The notes below the pieces were generated by a model, which saw only the letters and a list, made by a program, of their open reading frames with translations, searched no databases and had not been told where the DNA came from. A DNA stretch of 64,000 nucleotides, taken from Yuukianura sp. NJ FZ-2021. Lineage: Eukaryota. A program made the translations under genes and the position numbers. Positions 36,731 to 48,944 of the stretch are shown here, one piece after another (positions within the stretch are counted from its first letter, which is position 1; every line of letters begins with the position of its first letter). The DNA is taken from positions 7,192,001-7,256,000 of the forward strand of contig CM102285.1 of NCBI GenBank assembly GCA_046563655.1. The letters run 5' to 3'.

Positions 36731-38324
36731 TATAGTTTATTGTCTGTGTCATTTGTCAGTGAGGAACTGTTTAATTTAAAGAAAATTTGAAATTTAAAGA
36801 ATTTAAAGAAAATGGCTAATGAATGATTCAATTGTTATTTTAGTTAGTTATTATTGCTTACAATAATAGCTAACTTACTTTGTTTAAATTCTCACTTTTA
36901 GAAATCACACATATTACACTATGAATTACTCAGTTCCTTCTGCAACTCTAACACAAATTCGTTGCAGCGGATGTTGTTTTCTGTTTGTAATCCATTTAGA
37001 AATGGTACTACGCATGGATGATTCAAATTGCGTCATGACCTTAGCTGTTATATTATATGTGACATTGGCTTCGCGTATTCACGACAAGCTCAAGTAGTTA
37101 TTCTTGAAAGAATGTCACAAGCGGGACAAAGCTGTCAAGTTCCTGGACAGAGAGAAATATCCTCCGTAGTGTTTTTGTCTTGAATTTTGATCAGTGAAAT
37201 GATCTTGTCGCAGAGGTCATTTTCCTCTAGCTCTTTGATATTTCCCCCGAGGCTATTTACTACTTAGGCAGTCAGCCTATCATATCCACTGTCGCTTAAA
37301 TATAGCGTAACTTTCACATGGAAACTAACGTAACACAATCCTCCCAAATTTACACATTCACATCGCTTCCAACAACTAAAACCTAACTTTCCAGTGCTCT
37401 TTATTGAAGTTTGACCACTGAAATCATTCTCAAAGCTACGGTATTAGTACCTGTTTATTAAGGACGCCCAACAAGAGTTAATGGTCAAATTCAGTAACCA
37501 AGACAACCGATACTTGTGCATCTAATAAAAGTTGCAAACATCGGCAAAGAGAAGCTGCCTCGTTACTGGTGAAAAACTATTATCCTAAAGATGAGTACCA
37601 TATTTTACGTACTTTATCAACATTTGTTTTTATAGAAAGATGATTTATTTGTCAAAGTTTTAGAGTAACGACAAACTAATTTTCAAAACTGGTGATACAG
37701 AGATAAGATTATTTTTGTATCACTGTTTTCAAAATCTTCAACTTGATTCTTGTTTTTACCACTCGTGTGCTTTACCTTATAAACATTCACACTTGGATTC
37801 TTGAAGGAATTTGGCGCTATTTATTAGATAAGCTCACTGAGTACAAATGACGGGGAACGTTTTGCGCACGGCGAGTTCACATTAGGTATAGACAATTTTT
37901 TTTTGCAAAGAAGTTAATTTAAAATTTGATGGGATAAATTTAAAATTGGATTGGATAAATTCTCAACCCTATATTGATATTGTTTGATGAAAAACTTTTC
38001 AAACTTCGTATTTTAGAAACAGAAGAAAGTATTAACTTTCACTTTCTCCATACGCTAACTATGCAGGAAAGATGGGATCGAGCTCATCTTCTCACTTTGT
38101 TTAGGTTTTGGAAAGTTGTCGAGAAGTTAAGTGGGAAAGCGAAAAGAAAGGTTTTGAAAGCGATTAATCACTTTCAGCATTAGTTTCCTCATGTTCACAG
38201 TCTCTAGCGCTCATGCCTAGAGACAGCGGATAAGTGATTTTTAAAGTCCCACAACTGAACTTTCTCCGGTCACGGAGTCACATCCTCATCTACTGAACCG
38301 CCGTCTCCTATTAGCTCTAAACAC

Positions 38325-38485
38325 ACTAGACGGAACCCGTGATGTTTACACATCACGATGACATGAAGGAAGGATGATTTTGAACATTTTGTCAAAAATC
38401 CGCTAGCTTTTTCGTTTGACCCGAGGTATGACCTAGTGCTTAAAGGTAATTTCGTGATGCGTAAACATCACGGGTTCCGTCTAGT
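38325..38485. repeat. 161-bp inverted repeat whose 34-bp arms each resemble a Helitron 3' end
   Basis: ACTAGACGGAACCCGTGATGTTTACACATCACGA and TCGTGATGCGTAAACATCACGGGTTCCGTCTAGT; each arm is a hairpin followed by CTAG|T. Confidence 0.75.
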
Positions 38486-40804
38486 TGAATCGAAAATGTA
38501 TTGCAAAGGCTGGGGGGGCAAGCCCCCCCAGACCCCCCCCCCTTCTTTTGGTTTCTGAGTTGAGATGGAATTTGTGGAAGTCTGTGCTTGGAGAAGTAGT
38601 AATGTAAAAGGGACACCCCAGAATCGTTCCACTCTTCTAAGCAGAGAGTTTTTTGCACATATAGTTTGCATTAGCATGGGTTTTCCAATTGTGACGGAGG
38701 GACACTCGTCAATTAGAGTATGATTTTCACAATTTCAAAATAACTCAAACTTTTTTTAATAAAGAAAAACTTCAACTCATGTCCTCAAAACGCCCAATAT
38801 TCAACACCCCTGTATCATCAATCCCACAGATTTTTGAAATGAAACAAACCAGTTGTTATTTATTGTCGTGTTTTATTTTGTACTTTGGTAAGCTGTCCAG
38901 TATTTAAAATCAAAATCTTCTTGAACATCATAAAGATACGTAAACATGAAGCAGAACCTATGTAACACTTTACATGTTCCAGCGCCTTTCAGGCGCGGGA
39001 GACCAGGGTAGAGAGTTGATTAGATGTCAGAGTGATTGATAGGTCGATGGAATTTCAACTCCCTCATCATCACCTCTACCCGAAAACATAAAAGTTTCCC
39101 ACCGCACTAGGGGAACGAAAGGGACATGCAATTTTCTTAGTATTGTTACGTAGTATTGAGAGCAAACATTTAAAAAAGTACTACTTTTCTCCACTCGGTA
39201 CGTTACTTTCTCCTGCAACCATTGTTCACTTTACGCAAGAAAGTTTCATTTCATTGCGAACCATTTCGGTTATGTTCTTTTGGAACCTACAGACAGAAAC
39301 AGTTTGTGTTAAAACATCATCATGGTTTGCGTTTTCATCATCATAGTAACACTTTGTACCTACGCTTAGTACTATTCCGCCGCCAAGGAAGCGTGTCACA
39401 GTCAAATAAAACCGCGTACAAAAAGGAGAAGCTTTGAAGTATCACTGAAATTTGTCTGCCTTTTCCCAGAAAGCTTTGCTACTGCTGGGTAGTAACTTTC
39501 ACTTTTAAAAAAGGCTCAAACTTCGAAAATCTCCATCCACTGCATACTCCCCTAAATGCATGTAAATTTTCGGCGGAAAAATGGAGATTCGGAATGTGCT
39601 GATGGGCCTTTGAAGGAAAGTGTGCCGCCGGTTTCGTAGGTTTTCAGGAGGACAGAATAAGAAAGTGATGGAAAACATGTTTTTTTGTTCAAAATTTAAT
39701 GGAAACAGCCTTCTTCTTCATCGTTTGTATGGCTAAACGTCTGTGCTGGTTCCTTCCAATTTTTGGTTTGTGGGGCTCTTTTACCGGATTGTATTATTGC
39801 TCCTTTTCAGTATCAAGCGAAAGGAGCAATAACACAAAATAGCGGAGTAGTTGCAGTTTCAATATTGCCCTGTGACATGACATATTAAATCCTTCATTTT
39901 ATGCTTCCATCTCCCCATTGTCTCCGGAACAATAGGAACATATTGTATGGAGGACTTCTTCCTCCTGAACAATGAATCGTTTCTGCCAATCCAAATAGTC
40001 TGCCCCTCACTTCACTCCATGAAGAAAGCCGACAAGCCGAGGCATGTGTTGTTATAGGGGTGGCGTGCATCGTTCTATCAAAAAAAAAAAGAAAGATTTA
40101 TGAGTAGCAATATTTGCAATAATTTATGTGAAGCTTGAAACGAGTTGGGCTTATTACAAAATCGTAACCGAAGTACACAAAACATAATTCGAACCCACTA
40201 AAGCCAGCAGGTTTATTTGGGGAGTTCTGGTTTGATTGAATTAACATTAGGCTAAAGAATTAACTCCAAAAGTATAATCAGAAAACGAATGCTTTGTGTG
40301 TTATCTCTCGAGGCTAACTAGTGGCGTCGGTTTTAATTTAGCAATTTTGTTCTTTCTTTCTCCCTTTGAATCACAGGTTTAGTAAGGAACGATTTCTCCA
40401 TAACTAGACGAAAAGAATCCAGTTCCGATTTCATGTTCAAAGGAAATCATAGACTAACATAAGTTCTCTCTCCTTTTAAAGTTTCATGATTTATTTTTTA
40501 TTGAATTATTAACTTTTATTTCAACCAAAAATACATACTTAATGTTCAACTAATCAATCCAATGTATGTTGATATAATTCTCCTTAACATTAATGGGTGG
40601 CGTAATAACACCTGTTTCTTTTCGGTTTTCCAAAACAAAATGTTAATTTGCATTTCAGGATATCATAACTATATCACTCTACAGAAATTCTAAAATTTTT
40701 AGATGGAATTGGAACCATAAACTGTAATTTTCGTGAATTAATTGGCGCCAATTGCACACAATTTTTTGTTATTTTTATTTTTTGGTAAACATTTATTGGA
40801 GGTA

Positions 40805-41300
40805 TTATTAAGTAGCGAATGTGTGAGTTACTTTATGGTTTTCCACGAGTGTCTGTCTGTCCGTCAGTCTGCTGGTCTAGCTAGCTCTGGAACCACTGGA
40901 CAGATTTTCAATATGTCTTCGCAGATGAACTTCACATGGTCCAGGTATGATTAATCGGTTTCGGGGATCGGACAACTTCCGGGGCAAAGGTCAAGGTCAA
41001 GTACTGTTTTGGCGGAATTCGAAAAAATGACCTCCACCAAAGCTGTTCATCTCCTTGAGCTGAACAACTTTTGGATATGTGACCTTGACCTTTAACCTAT
41101 GGTTCTGGAGATATAGTAAACGTTGGACGTTGTAAAATTTCGTACCTAACCATGCTACGCGCGCCTATACCTCCGGTACCACTCCACCGATTTCCACTCC
41201 GTCTTCATAGATGAACTCCACACGGTGTGGGGGGGTGATTAATCTGTTTCCTGTTTGACCGGAAGTGGACAGCTTCCGGGTTGTGCCCTCGTTTTAATTT
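40805..41300 (+). mobile_element. Helentron/DINE-1-like non-autonomous element (boundaries approximate)
   Basis: GTCTGTCTGTCCGTC microsatellite, then blocks shared with 62300-62600 (actggac, cttccggg…aaggtcaaggtcaa, gttcatctc…aacaactttt). Confidence 0.6.
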
Positions 41301-43953
41301 GCTCCTTATTTATGGCGTTTACAACGATTTAATATGTAACCTGTTAAGGAATAGTAAATGGCTCTCACGGAACCTTGTAATCAATCGACGGAGATTGTAC
41401 TACAGGGTATGTTGACATCAGACTTCGCGGTAGGTTTACCGCACCCAGCGCACCTACCATTTAACAATTCAGGGTATCCGGGTAGGCTAAATTGCCATTA
41501 GCTTAAAATGAGTAATCACACAACGACTAGCTGTATCTAACTGAATAACACACCCTTAGTATCACTTGAGTTTTGTTTGAATGACTTCAAACATGAAGGA
41601 TAGCTTAGGTTGAGTTGAGATATCCGTGACAAGTTTAAACTCCAACTGCTTACTTTAATACACAAGCGCTCAGATGCTTGAAAATGATTCATTCAAGAAA
41701 GATGCAGAATTATAAGTTTTTCTATTTTACAGCTATGACGGTAGAAACAGATCGCCCGAAGAGAAGGAAATTTGTTTCCTTGAAAGTATCGTTTTCCTCT
41801 AACACGTCTCTTTAACAAAATTAGGTTCTGCATCTCTTCCCTTCTTTGACTTAAATTACAAAAAAAGACTAACTAATACGAAGCATATCCGGAGGGAGCG
41901 GGAGCTTTCCTTTAAATTTGGAGTGGAGATGGTGAACTTCCGCACAAGTCTATTTCAAGCAACGTAGAGTTGAATCGGAAGTTTACTTCTAGTCCGGAAC
42001 AGCCTCAAGTCTTTCACATAAGTGAGCAATTTCTGTGAACAAAGCAAAATGTTACATTTTCTTCAACAGGCTTTTGCCTAACTATGTAACAGAGCAATTT
42101 TGAACAAACCAGAATTAAACTAATTGCGATTTTCCACGAACATACCCTAGATTTTATAATAAGAATGCAATTTTAAGCTCATTTAAAAATGAGGCTTGTC
42201 AAAGTCAAATTAACACGCAATTTGGCAAATTGCTCTACAAACATGTTTCGGGGAAAAGAGGAAAGAATTGACATCGATTGAGACACGCTGTCGGTTTGGT
42301 TGAGGCACCAAAAGGCGTCACGCTCTTCTGAAACCTCGTTTGACTTTTGGTTCGCTGCGATTCCAGACATTTTGTCGCTTCACTTGGTGTCAAACAGCAA
42401 TTTCAGCGTTGTTGGTGCAGTGGAGACACAGAGAAAGGAGTGAAAGCGGGAAAGAGGAAACTGAGGAAATAAAGATATACACACATTTCAGGTTTTGAAG
42501 TCATTGCCTAATGTACCGACCCGAATGCAGTTCATTTCTGTTTCCCATTTTTCAATTTTCCAATCTTAACTTTTATGTTTTTCCCTTTCTGGCAAATGTT
42601 CCTCATTGCCTAAAACTAAACTGAATTCAATTAAACTAAAGTTAAAGTTAACTAAAGTTAAATAAAAGCGAACTAAAACTGAAGTAAGCTGAACCTAAAC
42701 CATAGTTATATTCCAAATCACAAAATGATTCGGATTGTGCAGAAATTAAATCTGAAAATGGATCCTTCTGAATCTCGCGAATGCTTCTTACGTATCGTAA
42801 ATTACGTGATGCATCAACCTTGCTTGGATTTCTGCCTGTATGATGGGCGATGGACCGTCCGCGGCAATTCCGTGGGAATTCTCTTTCAACGAATACACAT
42901 GTGTTTGGCCCATTTCCATAACGCGCCACGGGGAACAAGAGATGTTCACTATTGAATATCATCTTAATTGGTCAACTCCTTCCGGATCAAAGTTTATTAA
43001 CTTTATTGACCTTTTCGGAATGTTTCCACAAGGCGCACTACAGTTTCCCGTGGTCCACGACGGTTCTCCTCAGTCCACTGCGGCTCACATTTGCACTATT
43101 TATCACCATTCCGGTTTTATTTTGTTAGGGTAGGTTCTAATTCATAATCCATCTGCATATTTTAACACCTAACACACCTTTTGACCTTATGACAACTTAC
43201 GCACTAAACTTAAACTCAACGCAGTGTAGCTTAACAACTGTTTTGTCGAGCGCAAAAATACGTTTGTAAGGATAGCTTGTCATTACACCCAACTTCAATT
43301 TGATGGACATTGAATAAGATGAATTTTTGAGGAGCCCTTGGGGTATGGTCCTTCTACCAACCAATTTTGTCGTTTGCTTTTACCCGCTTTCTCTACGTTT
43401 TCAGCTGGGGAATTCTCATGCGCTTTCTTCTATCTTCTTCCGTTTTTTGATGGTGCGGAACACAGCAGAAGTCACTTGGTTTTCCATTGCCTCAGCATCA
43501 GTACAACACAATCCACAAGATCCATCGGACCGAATCCTCCGGACAGAACGCGTGCTCACAGTGAAAGCAGTTGCGATCAGGAAGTCGAAGTGGATGGTCG
43601 CTTGTGGTCGTCAGGAATTTATATTCAAAATTTGACTTTGACACAAAGTACAGTTTGGTGACAATAATCAAGAGTTGTTGAAAGAAAAATAAAAAAGCAC
43701 ACTTTGAAAAGGAAATAAAATTGAAAGTTCATTTTATAATACTTTAAAGTCATAAGATAATTATTGTGGGTTGACATTAGCAAGTCGCAACTGTCTTTAC
43801 CATTGGTAAAGACAACTACTGGCTGTCTGAATAATTGGTGCGTCACTTGGGGCTCGGAGTGGAAAACTCCGCCCAATAAGATACATTGGCGAAAGAATTA
43901 CCAGCTAAGAAAGAATTATTTGAAATTTGTACGACGAGAACAGTAAGAAAATC

Positions 43954-46569
43954 ATGAAATCAGCATTGGAAGTTCTTGCAGTTTTTGTTGTATCTTGGCG
44001 ATTTCAATTTCGTAAGTGAATTGATAATTTCGGTTATGGTTATACTTTACTCTATACTTACTTGTAGCACGTTTTCTTAGCTTATTAACCTAAAGGTTCG
44101 GTACCCAAACCTAACCTAACGCCTTTTTCGCTTCCGATTTTGAAAGCAACTGGACTTGGATTGAGTGTACGGAACGTGACAATTCCGAGGTACGGGATGA
44201 TGGGCGGTTCGGCGTTGCTGAGCTGTGAATTTTCTCTACTACCCTCCGACAAACTTCTATTTCTGAAGTGGTACAAAAATGGCGAAGAATTTTACCGTTT
44301 CACTCCAGCATCAGACCAGCCAATCCTGACGTTCCCAGCAGAAGGAGTCGTTGTTGAAGTGAGTAAAGACAGTGAAGGCTTATTACAAAAGACGAGTGAG
44401 ACAGATATACTTTACAAACAGCAGAAAGGAGAAAGTTCAAAGGTTCTGCTTTTATTTTACCCCCGCTTTCCTCAATAGGTAGTCTCCATCTAAAACCTAA
44501 CAATTTCTAGCTTAAAACAACCTCACCATAGCCGACTCTATTTCTCCTCACATAATATAACGGGAAAAAGAAGGGAAAATAACAAAGTAAAGACATCTCT
44601 GTCAAGTGGTGACGGTGAGTGAAAGGGGAATTGCCACCTTCACTTCAACTGCTTTCTTTTCCCTCTATTTCAGCTTCATTTATACACACAAAGTATGGAT
44701 AGGGTAAACCAGAAAATAAAGGGGGTGTTGCGTTAGGCTAGCTTCAGGTCGGTTTGGTTAGTCTTTATTAAATAACTTTTTCTATGTCCCGTTTCAGTTG
44801 TCAAGGTCTAATTTCAATCAATTAGTTCTGAGGAACTTGACACTAAGTACTGGCGGTTTGTACAAGTGTGAAGCCATGGCGGAGGGAACTTTTCAGGCAC
44901 CATATGGCACGGGGTTAATGACCATAATTGGTAAGAAGTGGCCTTTGATCCTTCACTTATTGAACAGACTTGTATATTTTATAACAATCCCTTTGCTATA
45001 TTACGCAAAAACAGCACCCCCTGAAACGATTCCAGCGATTGTCGGAGTTCCTCCACTTGTGAGTGTCGGAGATCGAGTCGTAGGAACTTGTACGTCTTAT
45101 AGAAGCAAACCAGCCGCAGCACTCACACTCTACGTCGACGGTGTGGCCGTAAGACTTTAATTTTTCCTAAAGTTAACCTAACATGCGATTTATGTTTTAC
45201 ATGTTAACTTGCGTGAACTTAGCATTGAGTCATTAGAATGTGAAATTTTTTATAACTTCCGTTGCCGAATAATTTTCGTAAATATTATCACTCGTGCATA
45301 GACGTGGATTAACTTGACCGGAAAACGCTTGCGATATACGGTAATAATAATCATCCTCTAAACTGATTTCCGTTGTTCCTTGCTAATCTGTATCAAATTA
45401 CATGAAAACCCATGCTTACATGATGTGATTTTACCTGGCGGACATAGCGACGTACAAAAACATTAATGTAGACAAACATTCTTTTGATTTTTTCGCAACC
45501 AAGTTATTTGGAAAAAATTAAACTTCCCAGTAATTAGAAACTTTAGGTCATTTCCACTTGTAATTGCTCTTTTTCGTTCAGTTGAAAGAACCAAAATTGC
45601 TTTGAAATAAGTTCTCAGATTCCGCGTCCCTCGTGGGACTGCTAGGGGAGACATGGAGATCCCAAGATCATTTATCAAGAGAAAACTACCGAGAAAAATG
45701 GAAAGCGCCGGGTTTTGCTGTGTGGGGAGCAACTAGATTGGTTACAGAAACGCCACTGGGGCACTGGTTTCAGTCTCACGTCCACTTTCTCCATTTCCTT
45801 GGACTGGACGCAAGAAGACGGAGAAGTGGATCAGCAGAGAAAAGATTAGGAAGAAGACATAAAAAGTTTAATCTTAAAACCCCGTGAATTCTGTGTGCGG
45901 CGATTTTAAAAGAAATAGGGGCATGGAAGTGGAGGGTCAAAGTCAAAGTGAAAAAAACCCAAGAAATGGCTTAAAAGTTCATCGTAATTATCTTGCCCTC
46001 TGCTTGCGCACATTCAAAATTTGAAAACAGCTGGGAAATCTGAGAAATGTAATTGAGCATTTCAGTACCGTATGATTAAAGCGTGAAGTGGTTTGGATTG
46101 TGTGCTTATGTAGAAACAATAGCAGTAGCCCTTTTAAAATGTTTTTTTTTGTGCAATTTACAATTGATGGTTAATTTTAGTTGGAGCACGCAGACTTTAA
46201 CGAATCTGAACCAATACTGGAACCAAACGGTTTGGAAACTTCTGTATTGGAGTTCAATTTTGTGGCGGAAAGACATCATTTTAAGAAGGGTTTTATGGAC
46301 CTGCGTTGTACAGCAACAATCCTCAACCTGTATTGGGTAAACAGTCTCAACGTGTCGGAGATCAACGTCAATGCTCAACCTTCTCACACTGGACGAACTT
46401 TCCTGCCTTCATCTGCTGGTAAACTTTGGAATTTTTTCTATTGGGTAAAGAGTTAAATCTCATTTTTGTTTTTGTTTCAGTGTCCGTCCTGACTCCTGCA
46501 CAAAGGTTCTTGATGCTATCAACGATTCTGTTCGAATTGATTTGGGAAACCGAAGTGATGACAACTTAA
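43954..46569 (+). CDS. Beaten-path (Beat)-like immunoglobulin-superfamily protein B, 6 coding exons, ~287 aa
   Basis: Exons 43954-44011, 44147-44358, 44798-44930, 45015-45148, 46181-46418 and 46481-46569 join in frame with GT-AG. Motifs ALLSCEF, LKWYKNGEEFYRFTP, GLYKCEA, GTCTSYRSKPAAALTLYVDG and LRCTATI. Confidence 0.87.
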
Positions 46570-46812
46570 ACCATACATCATTTCAATCAAAATATTACGA
46601 AAATAAATGTTGTGTTTTTGTAATATTTGAATTGATAAACTCCCTATATTATTATCTAGCCTACGCTACTTTATGCATTTTATACTTTATCCTTTTTTAC
46701 TTTCTCATTGAGCGCTCTCGACCATACGTTTCCTTTTTGTAGTCATTCGACGTAGAAGTGGTAGCCTGCCCAGGCGGGCTCATCCCGCGAGGGATTTTTG
46801 AAGTAAATGTAA

Positions 46813-47401
46813 AGAAAGATAAATACAAAATCGTACTCTTACAAAAGCGTAAAATTTACAAAAGCTACTTTACAAATTCGTAACCTTCAAAAGAGTATTC
46901 CTACAAAATCTTATTCATACAAAAGCGGATCCTTACAAAAGAGTTTGTGGCTCAATAATTTTTTTTGATCTTTCTCACAAGTAATTTTGTGATTTTGTTA
47001 GCAGAAAAATTTTCAGCAATAATTTTGGCTAGGATTAAGTTAGGTTGGCTGCACTTTTGGTTTTTGGAATTTTGCTTAGCTTACATAGGATAGGTTAGTT
47101 TAAAGTACATTTCGGTCAAGTTAGGCCAGGTTAGCTTGCTATTAGTATACGTTTTGGTGAGGTTATCTTTTTATTTTTAGTTATAGGTTGAGCTAAAAGT
47201 GTGGTATAGTTAGGCTTGCACATTTATCTGTTTTTGTAGGAATCCTGTGTTGTAAGAATACGATTTTGTAAGATTCCGCTTTTGTAAATGTACGATTTTT
47301 GTAGGTATACTGTTTTGAAGGTTACGAGTTTGTGAAGTAACTTTTGTAAATTTTACGCTTTAGTAAAAGTACGATTTTGTATGCGTGCTTTTGTCGGGGA
47401 G
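46813..47401. mobile_element. MITE with ~120-bp diverged TIRs built from TACAAAA subrepeats (possibly Mutator-like)
   Basis: atacaaaatcgtac…aaagcgtaaaatttacaaaag…cgtaaccttcaaaa is mirrored at ~47290-47385; flanks taaatgtaa / ttaatgtaa resemble a 9-bp TSD; left tip eroded. Confidence 0.65.
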
Positions 47402-47787
47402 TTAATGTAACGTAAACAACATTCAGATGCAGTGCAAAATTTTGGCAGCGAGGAAAGGCTTTTTAGAAGAAATTTTATGATTTAGCGCTTCCAACCATAA
47501 CCTAATGGGAGCTCTCTTTTGTTCTGTTGCCAAAGCTATTTACACGTATAACCTCTGACTCCTGCATTTTGTTTGTTCCCTTGTTTGCAGTGTTGTCAGC
47601 AGCCCCGCCCTACTACTGGGGACGTTGATGGGGATTCTTGTTGTTTTCCCCACCTTCGGGGGTGGGGATTTTGGTATGATGGGATTTCGCTCTTTCTAAC
47701 GAAAAAAAATGAGTTTTTTTTGGTTTGCAGTATAATAACTCGTATATAATGGCATCTTAAATGCTGCGCTGAATATTATATACTATA

Positions 47788-48944
47788 CAAGGTATGATAC
47801 CCGCTTGTGAAAGCGGGGCTAGCTTTTGTGGTAGTGTATACGAACACACATAGAAAAACGTATCACTTTTGGGGACCCGCTACCCATTTGAGATACATGC
47901 TGACCCGCTTGGACTATTTTTATGAAAATATCCTACCCTACCCTTCCCTACCCTTTGCCCAGGCGGAAGTCCCTTAAAACTACCCGTCCGTCCAATTAAT
48001 GTTTAACATGTAGAGACAACAATTTACGGTGGAACTTAGTTCTTTTTGGTGCCAAAGGTCACGGAATTAACGCGCCAGACGTCAACCGAGTCAATTTGAC
48101 CCCCCCTTTCGAATGAAATATCACAGGCCAATGTTTGTGTGTACTTCTTATGGGGTCACCGCCATAGATCAAAGGTCAAAGGTCACAGATCAATCTCATA
48201 TATCAATAGACTGTAGTTGACTGAACCTCCCCTTTCGAACAATGTATCACATGCCTATGTTCAGCTTAATTATATATGAGGTCACCGCTTTGGGTCAAGG
48301 GTCATAAGTCTCAACTTAATGTGTTATATGACATTCTACTCTGGACCTTCCCTCTCGAACAACGTATCGCATGCCTCTGTTCAGCTTAATTCTTTGAGGT
48401 CGCCACTCTGGGTCAAGGGTCAAATGTCACAGGTCAATGTGTCATACATCAATCGACTAAACTGGACCTCCTCTTTCGAATGATATATTGCATGTCTGGG
48501 TTTGGTTTAATTCTATGTGAGGTCACCGCTCTGGGTCAAGGGTCAAAGGTCATAGATCATCGTGCCATACGTCAATCAACTCCTTTCAACCTCCCCGTTC
48601 GAATGATATATCACATGCCTATGTTCGGCTTAATTCTATGTCAAGTCACCGCTCTGGGTCAAAGGTCAAAGGTCACAGGTCAATGTGTCATACATCAATC
48701 GACTGCATTTGACCTCTGCTTTCGAATGACATGTCACTTGCCTGTGTTTGGTATGATTTTATGAGGTCATCGCGCTAGGTCAAGGGTCAAAGGTCACAGG
48801 TCAAGATGTCACATAGCCTATGCTCTTCGGGGTGACCTCACGAAGAAAAGGACACCTCATTTGTCCAAATCGGTCCAGTAGTTTCGGAGGAGTAGTGGAA
48901 CACACACACACAGATAAACAGGGTTTCGATTTTATATAAGTAGA
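47788..48944 (-). mobile_element. Non-autonomous Helitron with an internal six-unit ~122-bp tandem array
   Basis: Minus strand begins A|TCTACTTATATAAAA and ends with hairpin CCCGCTT…AAGCGGG then CTTG|T; (TG)n near the 5' end; repeat units with TCGAA at ~48109, 48235, 48355, 48476, 48599 and 48722. Confidence 0.85.

Noticed and set aside
42945..42990. Short match to the Helentron-like family at 62420-62460
   Set aside because: The similarity is real but covers only a ~45-bp remnant, too small to annotate as an element.
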